A DNA stretch of 64,000 nucleotides from Alphaproteobacteria bacterium (GTDB taxonomy: Bacteria; Pseudomonadota; Alphaproteobacteria; MPNO01), in NCBI GenBank assembly GCA_965248835.1, contig CBDFLJ010000001.1:1376001-1440000 (forward strand). Reading direction: 5' to 3'. The notes under the pieces were generated by a model that saw nothing but the letters and a program-made list of their open reading frames with translations, made no database searches and was not told the origin of the DNA. Both the position numbers and the translations under genes were made by a program. Position 1 is the stretch's first letter. The number at the start of each line of letters is the position of its first letter. Shown in pieces: positions 9,226-18,611 of the stretch.

Positions 9226-9648
9226 TTATCCGCCGGCACCGAGATCAAGAAACTCCGCCGGTGTCACTATCGGAATGCCGTGAAACGGAGACATCTCCAG
9301 AAGGTCGTGGTCTCCGGTGACGAGACAATCCGCGTCCCCCATCAGCGCCGTCTCAAGAATTTTGTCGTCTTCCGGGTCGCGGCACCCCAGCTTGGCGCCG
9401 GTAATCGACACCCACTCCGAGACCGCATCGAGCTGAACGAGGAACACCTCTCTGCCTTCCCGGCCGATATAGCCGTCGAACTTCGAGCGCCGGAGACGGC
9501 TTCGCAATTCCTCGAATGTTTCGTCGGAGAACAAAAGCACGCCGTTCTCCGCCCGCACCGCATTCACGACCGCCCGAGGCTGTCCTTCCGCTCGAAGCGC
9601 GGCGCTGATCAGAACGTTCGTGTCCAGAACGACACGCTCAGCTTTCAT
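9226..9648 (-). CDS. PIN-domain toxin (VapC-like)
   Basis: VVLDTNVLISA, CRDPEDDKIL, LVTGDHDLL, IVTPAEFL. Confidence 0.92.
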   Translation of the reverse strand: MKAERVVLDTNVLISAALRAEGQPRAVVNAVRAENGVLLFSDETFEELRSRLRRSKFDGYIGREGREVFLVQLDAVSEWVSITGAKLGCRDPEDDKILETALMGDADCLVTGDHDLLEMSPFHGIPIVTPAEFLDLGAGG

Positions 9649-9889
9649 CAGCCAGAAGCGCTTCGAGCCCAGCCTCCGTGAGGCCGTTTGCCGACGCTTC
9701 GCGGCCCAAGGCGTCCATCGTCACCGTCAGGCGCTCCCAGGCGGCGCCGCGAAGCCGCTCGTATTGCTGTACCGACATCATCACCCCGACCGCTCGGCCT
9801 TTCTTGGTCACGCGAACAGGCGCGCTCTGGACGGCATCGAGCAAACGTCCGAAGCGATTCTTGGCGTCTCTGGCGGCAATCTCTTTCAT
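9638..9889 (-). CDS. Phd/YefM-family antitoxin
   Basis: MKEIAARDAKNRFGRLLDAVQSAPVRVTKKGRAVGVMMS; overlaps the toxin start. Confidence 0.92.
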   Translation of the reverse strand: MKEIAARDAKNRFGRLLDAVQSAPVRVTKKGRAVGVMMSVQQYERLRGAAWERLTVTMDALGREASANGLTEAGLEALLADES

Positions 9890-9924
9890 GTAGCTATAAT
9901 AGCCATAATATCTCCTCGCTGCAA
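9890..9924 (-). promoter_or_regulatory. Sigma70-like promoter of the TA operon (likely leaderless) with operator-like repeats
   Basis: TTGCAG-17 nt-TATTAT-6 nt-ATG; tandem TAGCTATAA/TAGCCATAA (plus strand) overlaps the -10. Confidence 0.7.
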
Positions 9925-10080
9925 GCCCGGAGATAAGCAGGCGCTCGGGATAGCCTGCAGCATTGCCGCGAACACTACCTCCGCGGGTTCGATGCGCCCT
10001 CGGTCTCATCGGCGCCGTGCACGCGCCGACACGTTCCAAACTATCGTGCGATTTCGTTGCAGTCGATGCGGTGCCCCGCG

Positions 10081-10100
10081 CGCGTTGATGTCGGCGCCGC
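10081..10100 (+). repeat. 20-bp direct repeat, copy 2
   Basis: Identical to 8994-9013. Confidence 0.95.
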
Positions 10101-10353
10101 CGCAACCGGGGATGGCTTACCGGTCCGTCGCTCCTGCGGCCGATGCGGTATCGAACGCGCCAGGTCGTTGGAATCCGCCCCGTCGCATCGAAAATGAAAG
10201 GAAAAACAACCCCTTGTCATCAATACACCACGGAACTTCGGGCTTGCGAGCGGGTCGACAAGATTGGGTTGGGAGAATCGTCGGCTGGCGATAAAATGCC
10301 TTCCAACAGGACCACCGGTGGTTCCTTGGTATACTTCGGTGGAGTGTGTCGAA

Positions 10354-11187
10354 ATGGGTCGATGGAACCAAGAAAGTATCGCATGGGATGAATTTGATCG
10401 GGCGCTGGTGGACCCGAACATCGTCCCGATCATCAAGGCCGCGTGTCTGGTCGAGGCCAACGCAAAGGACTACGGCGTCTATCTGTGCAACGTCTTCCAC
10501 GACGACGCGCGGATACAGAGGGCGATCATAGGCTGGGCCGCCGAAGAGACCGTCCACGGACAGGTGCTCGCGCGCTGGGCCGGGCTGGCCGACCCCCAAT
10601 TCGATTTCGACCGGGCGTTCGCCAGGTTCACCGACGGGTACAGCCTGCCGTTGGAGGCCGACGTCTCGGTGCGCGGCTCACGGGCCGGCGAGCTGATCGC
10701 CCGATGCATCGTCGAAACCGGCACGAGTTCGTTCTACAAGACGCTGGGCGACGCGACGCAGGAGCCGGTGCTGCGCTCGATCTGCCGGCAGATCGAGAAC
10801 GACGAGCTTGCGCATTACGAGCTGTTCCGGCGCTATCTCGAACGCTACCTGCAACAGGAACGCCGCGGATACTGGCACCGGCTGAAGGTCGCGTTCTCGC
10901 GTATCGCCGAAGCGGAGGACGACGAACTGGCCTATGCCTACTACGCCGCCAACATCGCCGATCACGAGCCCTATGACCGCACCCGGTGCGCGATCGAATA
11001 TGCCCGCGCGACGCTTGCCTATGTCGCGCCGGACCACTTCGAAAGGGCCGTCGGCATGATCCTGCAGCCCGTCCTGTTCACGCGCGGTGCGGCGATCGTC
11101 CGCCGGATCTTCTCGCGCGTGATCTGGCTGACGATCCGCCTCCGTTTCTTCGTCCTGGCGCGGCGGCACGCGGTGGCGGCAAGCTGA
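10354..11187 (+). CDS. Ferritin-like di-iron protein (acyl-ACP desaturase-like)
   Basis: LVEAN, EETVH, IVETGT, DELAH give the E/ExxH/E/ExxH ligand pattern; GGAG RBS. Confidence 0.85.
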   Translation: MGRWNQESIAWDEFDRALVDPNIVPIIKAACLVEANAKDYGVYLCNVFHDDARIQRAIIGWAAEETVHGQVLARWAGLADPQFDFDRAFARFTDGYSLPLEADVSVRGSRAGELIARCIVETGTSSFYKTLGDATQEPVLRSICRQIENDELAHYELFRRYLERYLQQERRGYWHRLKVAFSRIAEAEDDELAYAYYAANIADHEPYDRTRCAIEYARATLAYVAPDHFERAVGMILQPVLFTRGAAIVRRIFSRVIWLTIRLRFFVLARRHAVAAS

Positions 11188-11194
11188 GCCGGCG

Positions 11195-13882
11195 ATGGGC
11201 GCCGCGGGCACGCTGTCTAGCCTGCGGACGCTTCAGGAACTGATCGCGGGCCTGGATCGATTCGGCGCGGCGACCGCGCTGATCGCCTTCTCCCCGCAGG
11301 GGGTCCAAGAAACAAGCTACGCTTCGCTGCTGGACCGCAGCCGACAACTCGCCGCCTGGCTGACCGGCCGGCGCATCGAGAACGGCGTACCGGTCGCCAT
11401 CTTCGCGCCCAACAGCATCAACGCCGTCATCTGTCGGTTCGCCTTGATCCTGGCCGATGCGCTCAGCGTGCCGATCGACTTCGACGCCGATGCCGGCCGG
11501 CTCCACGATGTCCTCCGGGACAGCGGCGCCCGGCATCTTTTCGTGGCCTCGACCTTTCTCGATGTCGCCCGGGACGCGATCGGCCGGCTCGGCGAGGATG
11601 TCGAGATCGTCCTTCTCGACGACCCGCCGGAGGGTGAGGACCTGCCGCTGCTCGTCGGGCTTGCGGCCGAGCCGGCTGCGGCGCCCCGCCATGCGGACCA
11701 AGATGCGCCGGTGGCGCGGTTCTATACCGCCGGCACCACCGGGGTGTCCAAGGCGGTGCCGCTGTCCCATCGCAACATCCTGACCAATTTGCGCGTGCTG
11801 ATGGCGCTCGAAATCGTCGGGCCCGGGGACCGCGTCGTGTTGCCGCTGCCGCTGCATCATTCCTATCCGCTGATCGTCGGACTTCTGCTGCCGCTCGCCT
11901 CGGGCGCGGCGGTGATCTTTCCGGCCGGCATCGCGGGACCGGATTTCGTCCAGGCGGTCAAGGAGGGCGGGGCGAGCATCGTCGTCGGCGTGCCGCGGCT
12001 TTACGAGGCCTTCGTCGCCGGCCTCGACAACCGCATCGCATCGCTCGGCGGCCTCAACGCCGCGTTCATGAAAAGCCTGGTCGCGCTCGCCCTGTTCGCG
12101 CGCAAGCGGCTCGGATGGCGCATCGGCCGCGGCCTTCTGCGGCCGCTCCATGCCCGGATCGGTCCCGGTCTGACCACCCTGGCGTGCGGCGGCGCCCGGC
12201 TCGACGCCGACGTCGAGTGGCGGCTCGAAGGGCTGGGCTACCGCGTGCTCACCGGCTACGGGTTGGTCGAGACCGCCTCGATTGCGACCTACAACCGCCC
12301 GGGCGCCGCACGGGTCGGCAGCGCCGGGCGGCCCTCGCCGGCCGTCGAAATGCGGATCGTGCCGGTCGAGGAGATGGACCATGGCGAGGTCCAGTTTCGC
12401 GGGCCCATCGTCTTCGGCGGCTACGCCAACAACCCGGACGCCAACGCGGAGGCCTTCACCGACGGCTGGTTCCGCACCGGCGATCTCGGCTGGCAGGACG
12501 AGGACGGGTTCCTGTTCATCTCCGGGCGGCTCAAGGAGGTGATCCCGCTGTCGGGGGGAAAGAACGTCGCGCCGGCCGATGTCGAGGCGGTCTATGGGCA
12601 AAGCCCGTACGCCGAGGAGTTCGCCGTCCTGGAGCGCAACGACCGGCTGGTCGGCATCGTCGTCCCCGACATGGACGCGCTGCGCCAGTCCGGCGATGCC
12701 GACATCGAGCAGCGGCTTCGCCTGTCCTTCGGCGAGCTGGGCCGCAGTCTGCCCGGCTATATGCGGATCGCGGATTTCGTAGTCACGCGGGAGCCCTTGC
12801 CGCGCAACCCGCTCGGCAAATACCGCCGCTTCCGTCTGCCGGAGCTGTTCGAGCGGGCCGAACGCGGCACCGCGTCGGCCCCCGGAGCGTTGAGCGAAGC
12901 CGACCGGGCGCGGCTGTCGAGCGAACGCGCGGCAACGCTGATCGCCTGGCTCGGAAGCCGTTTCCTCGACGCCGTGCTCCACCCCGACACTTCGCTGCAG
13001 ATGGAGCTCGGCATCGATTCGCTGTCGTGGCTCGATCTCAGCCTGGATATCGAAAGGACGCTGGGCGTAAGGCTTTCCGAGGAGGCGATCGGCGGGCTGA
13101 TCAACCTCCGCGACCTCATCGACGCGGTGGAGGGCGCCGAGAGCGCCGCGGGGCCGGACGAAACCGACCGCGCGCGCCTCCAGGAGCGGGTCCGCGCCGA
13201 CAACGCACGCTGGCTCGCCGAGCCCGGGCCTTGCGCGCGCCTATTCGGACCCTTCCTGCATCAAGCGGTGCGCCTGGTGATGAGGATCGGCTTTCGCCTG
13301 CGCACGACCGGCAGACCGCCGCCGCTGGCCGGCCGGTTAATCATCCTGGCCAACCATCTCAGCGATCTCGACCCTCTGGTCCTCGGCGCGGCGCTTCCCT
13401 ACCCGATGCTCCGCCGGGTGTGGTGGAGCGGAGACGCGGCGCGTCTGTTCGGCAACCCGGCCGGCCGGATGCTGGCGCGCATCGCCCGGATCTTTCCGGT
13501 CGACGACCGGGCGCCGGATGCCAGTCTCGCGCGCGCGGCCGAAATCCTGGAGCGCGACCGGATCCTGGTCTGGTTCCCCGAGGAATGGCGATCGCCCGAC
13601 GGCAGCCTGCAGCGCTTCCGCGCCGGCATCGGCGCGCTGGTGGAAAGGACTGGCGCCGATGTCGTGCCGGTCGTCATCGACGGCACGTTCGAGGCGATGC
13701 CCCGCACGGCACGGCTGCCGCGGCCCCGGCCGGTTTCGATCCGTTTCGGCCAGACGATAAAGGCGGCCGACCTCCTTGCGGACTTGCCGGGCGGCGGCCC
13801 CCGCGAACGCCATCGCGCCATCGCCCAACGGCTGCACCAGGCGATGGCGGGGATGCTGGCCGAGCGCCGCGGACAGCGCTGA
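11195..13882 (+). CDS. Adenylation domain-ACP-PlsC acyltransferase fusion
   Basis: YTAGTTGVSK, GYGLVET, FRTGDLG; ACP motif LGIDSL; acyltransferase motifs NHLSDLD and FPEEWRS. Confidence 0.9.
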   Translation: MGAAGTLSSLRTLQELIAGLDRFGAATALIAFSPQGVQETSYASLLDRSRQLAAWLTGRRIENGVPVAIFAPNSINAVICRFALILADALSVPIDFDADAGRLHDVLRDSGARHLFVASTFLDVARDAIGRLGEDVEIVLLDDPPEGEDLPLLVGLAAEPAAAPRHADQDAPVARFYTAGTTGVSKAVPLSHRNILTNLRVLMALEIVGPGDRVVLPLPLHHSYPLIVGLLLPLASGAAVIFPAGIAGPDFVQAVKEGGASIVVGVPRLYEAFVAGLDNRIASLGGLNAAFMKSLVALALFARKRLGWRIGRGLLRPLHARIGPGLTTLACGGARLDADVEWRLEGLGYRVLTGYGLVETASIATYNRPGAARVGSAGRPSPAVEMRIVPVEEMDHGEVQFRGPIVFGGYANNPDANAEAFTDGWFRTGDLGWQDEDGFLFISGRLKEVIPLSGGKNVAPADVEAVYGQSPYAEEFAVLERNDRLVGIVVPDMDALRQSGDADIEQRLRLSFGELGRSLPGYMRIADFVVTREPLPRNPLGKYRRFRLPELFERAERGTASAPGALSEADRARLSSERAATLIAWLGSRFLDAVLHPDTSLQMELGIDSLSWLDLSLDIERTLGVRLSEEAIGGLINLRDLIDAVEGAESAAGPDETDRARLQERVRADNARWLAEPGPCARLFGPFLHQAVRLVMRIGFRLRTTGRPPPLAGRLIILANHLSDLDPLVLGAALPYPMLRRVWWSGDAARLFGNPAGRMLARIARIFPVDDRAPDASLARAAEILERDRILVWFPEEWRSPDGSLQRFRAGIGALVERTGADVVPVVIDGTFEAMPRTARLPRPRPVSIRFGQTIKAADLLADLPGGGPRERHRAIAQRLHQAMAGMLAERRGQR

Positions 13883-13899
13883 GGCAAACGACCGGCTTC

Positions 13900-15042
13900 C
13901 TATCCGGGCCAGCCGGTCGGGACGTGGCGCGCCGTGCGCAGGCGTTGCCTGTCGATCCACCGCCACTCGTGCGCCCGGTCGTAGACCCAGGCCTTGATCC
14001 GGGGCGGCAATCTGGACGGCATGCCGTAAAGCGTCGAGAAGCGCTGGGTATGCTCGGTCAACGGGCGTTCGCGCCGCTCCCATTCGGCGAGCGCGGCGGC
14101 GATGTCGTCGTGGCGGTCGAGATACACCGCAAGGCTGAGCCCGTTCATCATCCCGCAGCCGCCGCCCTGACCCAGGTTGGGCGCCATCGCGTGGGCGGCA
14201 TCGCCGATGATGGCGACCCTTCCCCTGGACCAGCGCTTCAGGCGGATCACCAGGAACGGGTCCCACCGCCCGCGGTTGCCGATGCGGGTCAATAGCGTTT
14301 CCAGATGGGGAAACGCCCGGCGCCACAGCGCCACGTCGATCGGCATCCGCATCGCCGCCTTGTCGGTGTTGGGCGCGAGCAGTGCGACATAGACCCATCG
14401 ATCGGAACACGGCGTGTACAGGATGCGCTTGGCACCGGACCAGTATTCGACATAGATCTGGCTCTCCGGCGCGCTTCGCTCTTCCTCGGTGCGCGGGATC
14501 AGCAGGCGGATCGCACCTTCCGACAGGGTCTTGCGCGACCTCATCAGCCCGAGCGAATCCCGTGTGCGCGAGCCGACGCCGTCGGCGCCGACCACAAGGT
14601 CGGCCTCCATTCGCCGTCCGTCCTTGAGCAGGAGCGCGCCGTCGGCGCTCGCACCCACGGCCTCGGACCCGGTGACGATCTCCGCACCGGCCTTCGTTGC
14701 GGCCTCGGCAAGCGCATCGATGCAGTCCTGGCGGACGATGGAGAACATGCGCATCGCCCCGCCCGGGGGCCATTCGATCCGCGCAATGGTGGCGTTGGAA
14801 TCATCGCGCATCTCGCGCGCGACCCCAGGGAAGGCATCGCGCGTCGCCGCCTCGTAGGCGTTTACCGCCTCGAACACCTTCAGCCCGTTCTCGTAGATGT
14901 AGATCCCGGCGCCCGCCGTGCGCAGCCGGTCCGCCATCTCGTGGACGCGCACGCTCCAGCCCCGCTGGGCGAGCGCGGCGGCCGCCGTCAGCCCGGCGAA
15001 GCCGGCCCCGGCGATTTCGGCGTGGCGCTTTCGAGCCGGCAT
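13900..15042 (-). CDS. Group A FAD-dependent monooxygenase (MHPCO-like)
   Basis: AEIAGAGFAGL, VGADG, IGDAAHAMAPNLGQGG. Confidence 0.88.
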   Translation of the reverse strand: MPARKRHAEIAGAGFAGLTAAAALAQRGWSVRVHEMADRLRTAGAGIYIYENGLKVFEAVNAYEAATRDAFPGVAREMRDDSNATIARIEWPPGGAMRMFSIVRQDCIDALAEAATKAGAEIVTGSEAVGASADGALLLKDGRRMEADLVVGADGVGSRTRDSLGLMRSRKTLSEGAIRLLIPRTEEERSAPESQIYVEYWSGAKRILYTPCSDRWVYVALLAPNTDKAAMRMPIDVALWRRAFPHLETLLTRIGNRGRWDPFLVIRLKRWSRGRVAIIGDAAHAMAPNLGQGGGCGMMNGLSLAVYLDRHDDIAAALAEWERRERPLTEHTQRFSTLYGMPSRLPPRIKAWVYDRAHEWRWIDRQRLRTARHVPTGWPG

Positions 15043-15192
15043 TTTCGGACCCCAGGCAGGCACGGCTGAGCGTGCGGGATTCTAGCAGGACGCTCCGGCG
15101 CGCTCGACAGCGGCCGGGAGGCCACCGGCTACCTTGGCGCGCGTCGAAGGATGTATAGTCCGGCAAGGGCGAACCCGCCGGGAGGACGTGCA

Positions 15193-16215
15193 ATGACCCA
15201 GGCCGCGACCAACTCGCTGGCCGAATTCCATCGGCGCTTGCGGGAAGCGGCAATCTGGCCGTTCTGGGAAGTCAGTGGCGAGGTCATGATGTCCGAGCCC
15301 TGCGCGCCCGATCCGCCGCATATCTGGCGGTGGAAGGACCTGCTGCCGTTCATCGAGCAGGCCGGCCGCAGGGTGTCGATGGAAAACGCCGAACGCCGGG
15401 CGTTGATGCTGGTCAACCCGGCCTTCGGCGAGCGCAGCTTCACCACCACCAACCTGTTTGCCGGCATCCAGATCCTGGAGCCCGGCGAGACCGCTGCGCC
15501 GCACCGCCATACCCCGTCGGCGATGCGCCTGGTGGTCGAAGGCGGCGGGACGACGGTGGTCAACGGCCAGCACTGCCAGATGCTGCCCGGCGACCTGATC
15601 CTGACCCCGAACTGGGCCTGGCACGAGCACAGCAACGACACCGACCGGCGGGTGGTGTGGCTCGACGCGCTGGATATCCCGCTGGCTCAGAACCTGGGGC
15701 CGATGTTCTTGGAGCACGGCAGCACCAACAGGTTCGACCAGGACCTGTCGGCGATTCCCGATCCGGCCTATGCCGTCGGTGGGTACATGCCCGACGTCGC
15801 CGCGCCGGCCACGCCGTACTCCCCGATGTTCCGCTATCCGTGGGAGCGCACCCTGACGGCGCTCAAGGAGACGCCGCTGGCCGCGGACGGCGCGCGCCGG
15901 GTGCGCTACACCAACCCCGTCGACGGCGGGCCGGTCATCCGCAGCATGGACTGCTATGCCTGGGAGCTGGCCGAGGGCCAACAGACACGCCCGACAAGGA
16001 GTACGGCGAACGCCATTATCACGGTCGTCGAGGGCGAAGGCCGTTCGACCATCGGCAGCCGGACCATCGAATGGGCCGAGCACGACGTCTTCACCGTGCC
16101 GCACTGGAACTGGACGAGCCATGTCGCCGTGTCCGGGACCGCGCGGCTTTTCCTCTACACCGACCGGGAGGTCCTCAAGCTGTTCAATTTCCTGCGCGAG
16201 GAGGTCCGCGACTGA
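15193..16215 (+). CDS. Gentisate 1,2-dioxygenase-like bicupin
   Basis: AERRALMLVNP, APHRHTPSAMR, GDLILTPNWAWHEH, WLDALDIP, FRYPW. Confidence 0.88.
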   Translation: MTQAATNSLAEFHRRLREAAIWPFWEVSGEVMMSEPCAPDPPHIWRWKDLLPFIEQAGRRVSMENAERRALMLVNPAFGERSFTTTNLFAGIQILEPGETAAPHRHTPSAMRLVVEGGGTTVVNGQHCQMLPGDLILTPNWAWHEHSNDTDRRVVWLDALDIPLAQNLGPMFLEHGSTNRFDQDLSAIPDPAYAVGGYMPDVAAPATPYSPMFRYPWERTLTALKETPLAADGARRVRYTNPVDGGPVIRSMDCYAWELAEGQQTRPTRSTANAIITVVEGEGRSTIGSRTIEWAEHDVFTVPHWNWTSHVAVSGTARLFLYTDREVLKLFNFLREEVRD

Positions 16216-16289
16216 CCGGCAGGAAGCGCAGGGTTCGCCGCCCGGCGGGGAATCGGGGTCCGGTACGGACATAGGGTTGGGTTGTTAAG

Positions 16290-17090
16290 ATGCCGGACTT
16301 CGGTGGTACGGGTGAGAATCTTGAGAATCTGCTGAGCGCCGGCGATCCGCCGCCGGTTACAGTGGTGAGAGCGGACGCGGCGGGACCGGCCGTCCTGACC
16401 TGCGATCACGCGAGCAACGCGGTACCGCGGTCGCTCGACGGTCTCGGGCTGCCGCCGGCCGCGCTCCAAGGGCATATCGCCTGGGACGAAGGGGTCGCCG
16501 AGGTCGCGCGGCTGATGGCCGGCCGGCTCGATGCGGCTTGCGTGATGGCCGGCTATTCGCGGCTGGTGATCGACTGCAACCGGGTGCCGGACCACGAGAC
16601 GTCGATCGCGGCTGAGAGCGACGGCACCGCGGTGCCCGGCAATCTTGACCTCGGCGAACACGAACGCGCGCTGCGGCGCAGCGCCGTCTTCGATCCCTAT
16701 CACCGGGCGGTCGCCGCAGCGCTCGATGCGGTGCGCGCACGCGGGCAGAGGCCGGTGCTGATCGCCGTTCACAGCTTCACCCCGGTCATGGACGGCCGGG
16801 CCCGGCCCTGGCACATCGCGGTTCTCTGGGCGCAGGACCCGCGCCTGCCGGTGCCGCTGATCGCGGCGCTCAGGGCCCGTGGCGACCTGGTGGTGGGCGA
16901 CAACGTGCCCTATTCGGGGCGCGACCAGTACGGCTACACCATGGACGCCCACGCCGGCAGGACCGACATACCCCACGCCCTGATCGAGATCCGCACCGAC
17001 CAGATCGCCGACAGGCAAGGGATCGCGCGCTATGCCGGGATCCTGTCCGAGGCGCTGGAGCCGGTGCTCGCCGGGCTCGCGGCCGGCTGA
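16290..17090 (+). CDS. N-formylglutamate amidohydrolase family protein
   Basis: TCDHASN, HIAWD, YSRLVIDCNR, VHSFTP, IEIR. Confidence 0.9.
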   Translation: MPDFGGTGENLENLLSAGDPPPVTVVRADAAGPAVLTCDHASNAVPRSLDGLGLPPAALQGHIAWDEGVAEVARLMAGRLDAACVMAGYSRLVIDCNRVPDHETSIAAESDGTAVPGNLDLGEHERALRRSAVFDPYHRAVAAALDAVRARGQRPVLIAVHSFTPVMDGRARPWHIAVLWAQDPRLPVPLIAALRARGDLVVGDNVPYSGRDQYGYTMDAHAGRTDIPHALIEIRTDQIADRQGIARYAGILSEALEPVLAGLAAG

Positions 17091-17209
17091 TCCGCATGCC
17101 CCGCATCGAGGAGGCGGCCCCGGAACCCGATCGAGGCCCGACGGTGGACAATGCCGGCGGATTGACCAATATCGGCCCCACAAGTTCGTCGACGCCGAGG
17201 GAGAAGATC

Positions 17210-17512
17210 ATGGATGATCAGACACGGATCGAGCTGGAAGCGGCCGCCTTCAGGAGCCTGGTCGACCACCTGCGCAAGCGTACGGACGTCCAGAACATCG
17301 ACCTGATGACCCTGTCGGGCTTCTGCCGCAACTGCCTCAGCCGCTGGTACAGCGAAGCCGCCGCCGAGCGCGGCATCGAGATCGACTACGAGCGCGCGCG
17401 CGCGCTCGTCTACGGCATGCCCTATTCCGAATTCAAGAAAAAGCACCACAAGGAGGCGAGCCCGGAGCAGATCGCCGCGATGAAGGAAGCCCAGGCCCGG
17501 GCCGGTCACTGA
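17210..17512 (+). CDS. DUF1244 family protein
   Basis: ELEAAAFR, RTDVQNIDLM, GFCRNCL, VYGMPY. Confidence 0.9.
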   Translation: MDDQTRIELEAAAFRSLVDHLRKRTDVQNIDLMTLSGFCRNCLSRWYSEAAAERGIEIDYERARALVYGMPYSEFKKKHHKEASPEQIAAMKEAQARAGH

Positions 17513-17540
17513 GGGCGTCAGCGCGTACGAGGAGGCGTCC

Positions 17541-17798
17541 ATGGCCGAAGCGAGTTTGGCGGCCGACAGGCTGCGTTCGTTCATCGAACGGATCGAGCGG
17601 CTCGAAGAGGAGCGGGCGGGCATCGCTGCCGACATCCGCGAGGTCTATTCCGAGGCCAAGGGTGCGGGCTTCGACATCAAGATCATGCGCCAGGTCGTGC
17701 GCCTCAGGAGGATGGACGACCACGACCGTCTGGAGCAGGACCTGGTGCTGGAGACTTACCTGCGCGCCCTCGGCATGGCCGCCGCCGCGCCGCAATAG
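17541..17798 (+). CDS. gapR: DUF2312/GapR nucleoid-associated protein
   Basis: LRSFIERIERLEEE...DIREVYSEAKGAGFD...YLRALGM. Confidence 0.88.
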   Translation: MAEASLAADRLRSFIERIERLEEERAGIAADIREVYSEAKGAGFDIKIMRQVVRLRRMDDHDRLEQDLVLETYLRALGMAAAAPQ

Positions 17799-17840
17799 CA
17801 CCCTCCCGTCCCCGTTCTCGGGCCAGGGAGGTATTTCCGT

Positions 17841-18539
17841 TCAGAAATTCTCCACCCACGGGCGCAGTTCGACTTCCCAGGTCCAAGCGCTGCGGTTCTG
17901 GCGGTGGATGTGCAGATAGGTATCGGCGATCGCGTCGGGGTCCAGTGTGCCGTCTTCGCCGCGCTCGGCGACACGGGCATCGCCGGCTTTCGTGATGCCG
18001 CCGTCGATGACGAAATGGGCGACGTGAACGTTCTTCGGCTGGAGCTCCCGCGCGAGACTCTGGGCGAGGCCGCGCAGGCCGAACTTGCCCATCGCGAAGG
18101 ACGAGGAATTGGGATAGCCCTTCACGCTGGCCGAGGCGCCGGTCAGCAGGATCGTCCCGCTGCCGCGTTCGACCATCTGCCGGGCGGCCTGCTGGGCGAC
18201 CAGGAACCCGCCGAAGCAGGTGATCAGGATCGCGGTGCGCACGTCCTCGGGGTCGATGTCGGTCACCGGCCCGCGGGCGCGGTTTGACGGGTTGTAGACC
18301 ACCACGTCGGGCGCGCCGATGTCGGCGGTCACCGCTTCGAACAAAGACGCGACCGAGCCCGGGTCGGCGGCCTCGCAGCGGTAGGCGCGCGCGCCGGTCT
18401 CGGCCAGGAGATCGGCCAGCTTGTCGGTGTTGCGCGCGGCCACCGCAACCGACATGCCCTCCTTCTTGAACAGCCGGGCGAGCGAGGCGCTGAGCCCGCT
18501 GCCTGCACCGACAATCAACGCTTTTTCGTTCTCAGCCAT
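17841..18539 (-). CDS. Short-chain dehydrogenase/reductase (atypical FxxGK type)
   Basis: IVGAGSGL, TGASAS, FAMGKF, HFVIDG, ELRPW. Confidence 0.9.
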   Translation of the reverse strand: MAENEKALIVGAGSGLSASLARLFKKEGMSVAVAARNTDKLADLLAETGARAYRCEAADPGSVASLFEAVTADIGAPDVVVYNPSNRARGPVTDIDPEDVRTAILITCFGGFLVAQQAARQMVERGSGTILLTGASASVKGYPNSSSFAMGKFGLRGLAQSLARELQPKNVHVAHFVIDGGITKAGDARVAERGEDGTLDPDAIADTYLHIHRQNRSAWTWEVELRPWVENF

Positions 18540-18611
18540 GTGATGCTCCCTTCGGTGGAATAGATCATGCCCGCGACCGCGCGCCAACGACGATCGATCG
18601 GGCGGCCGGGC

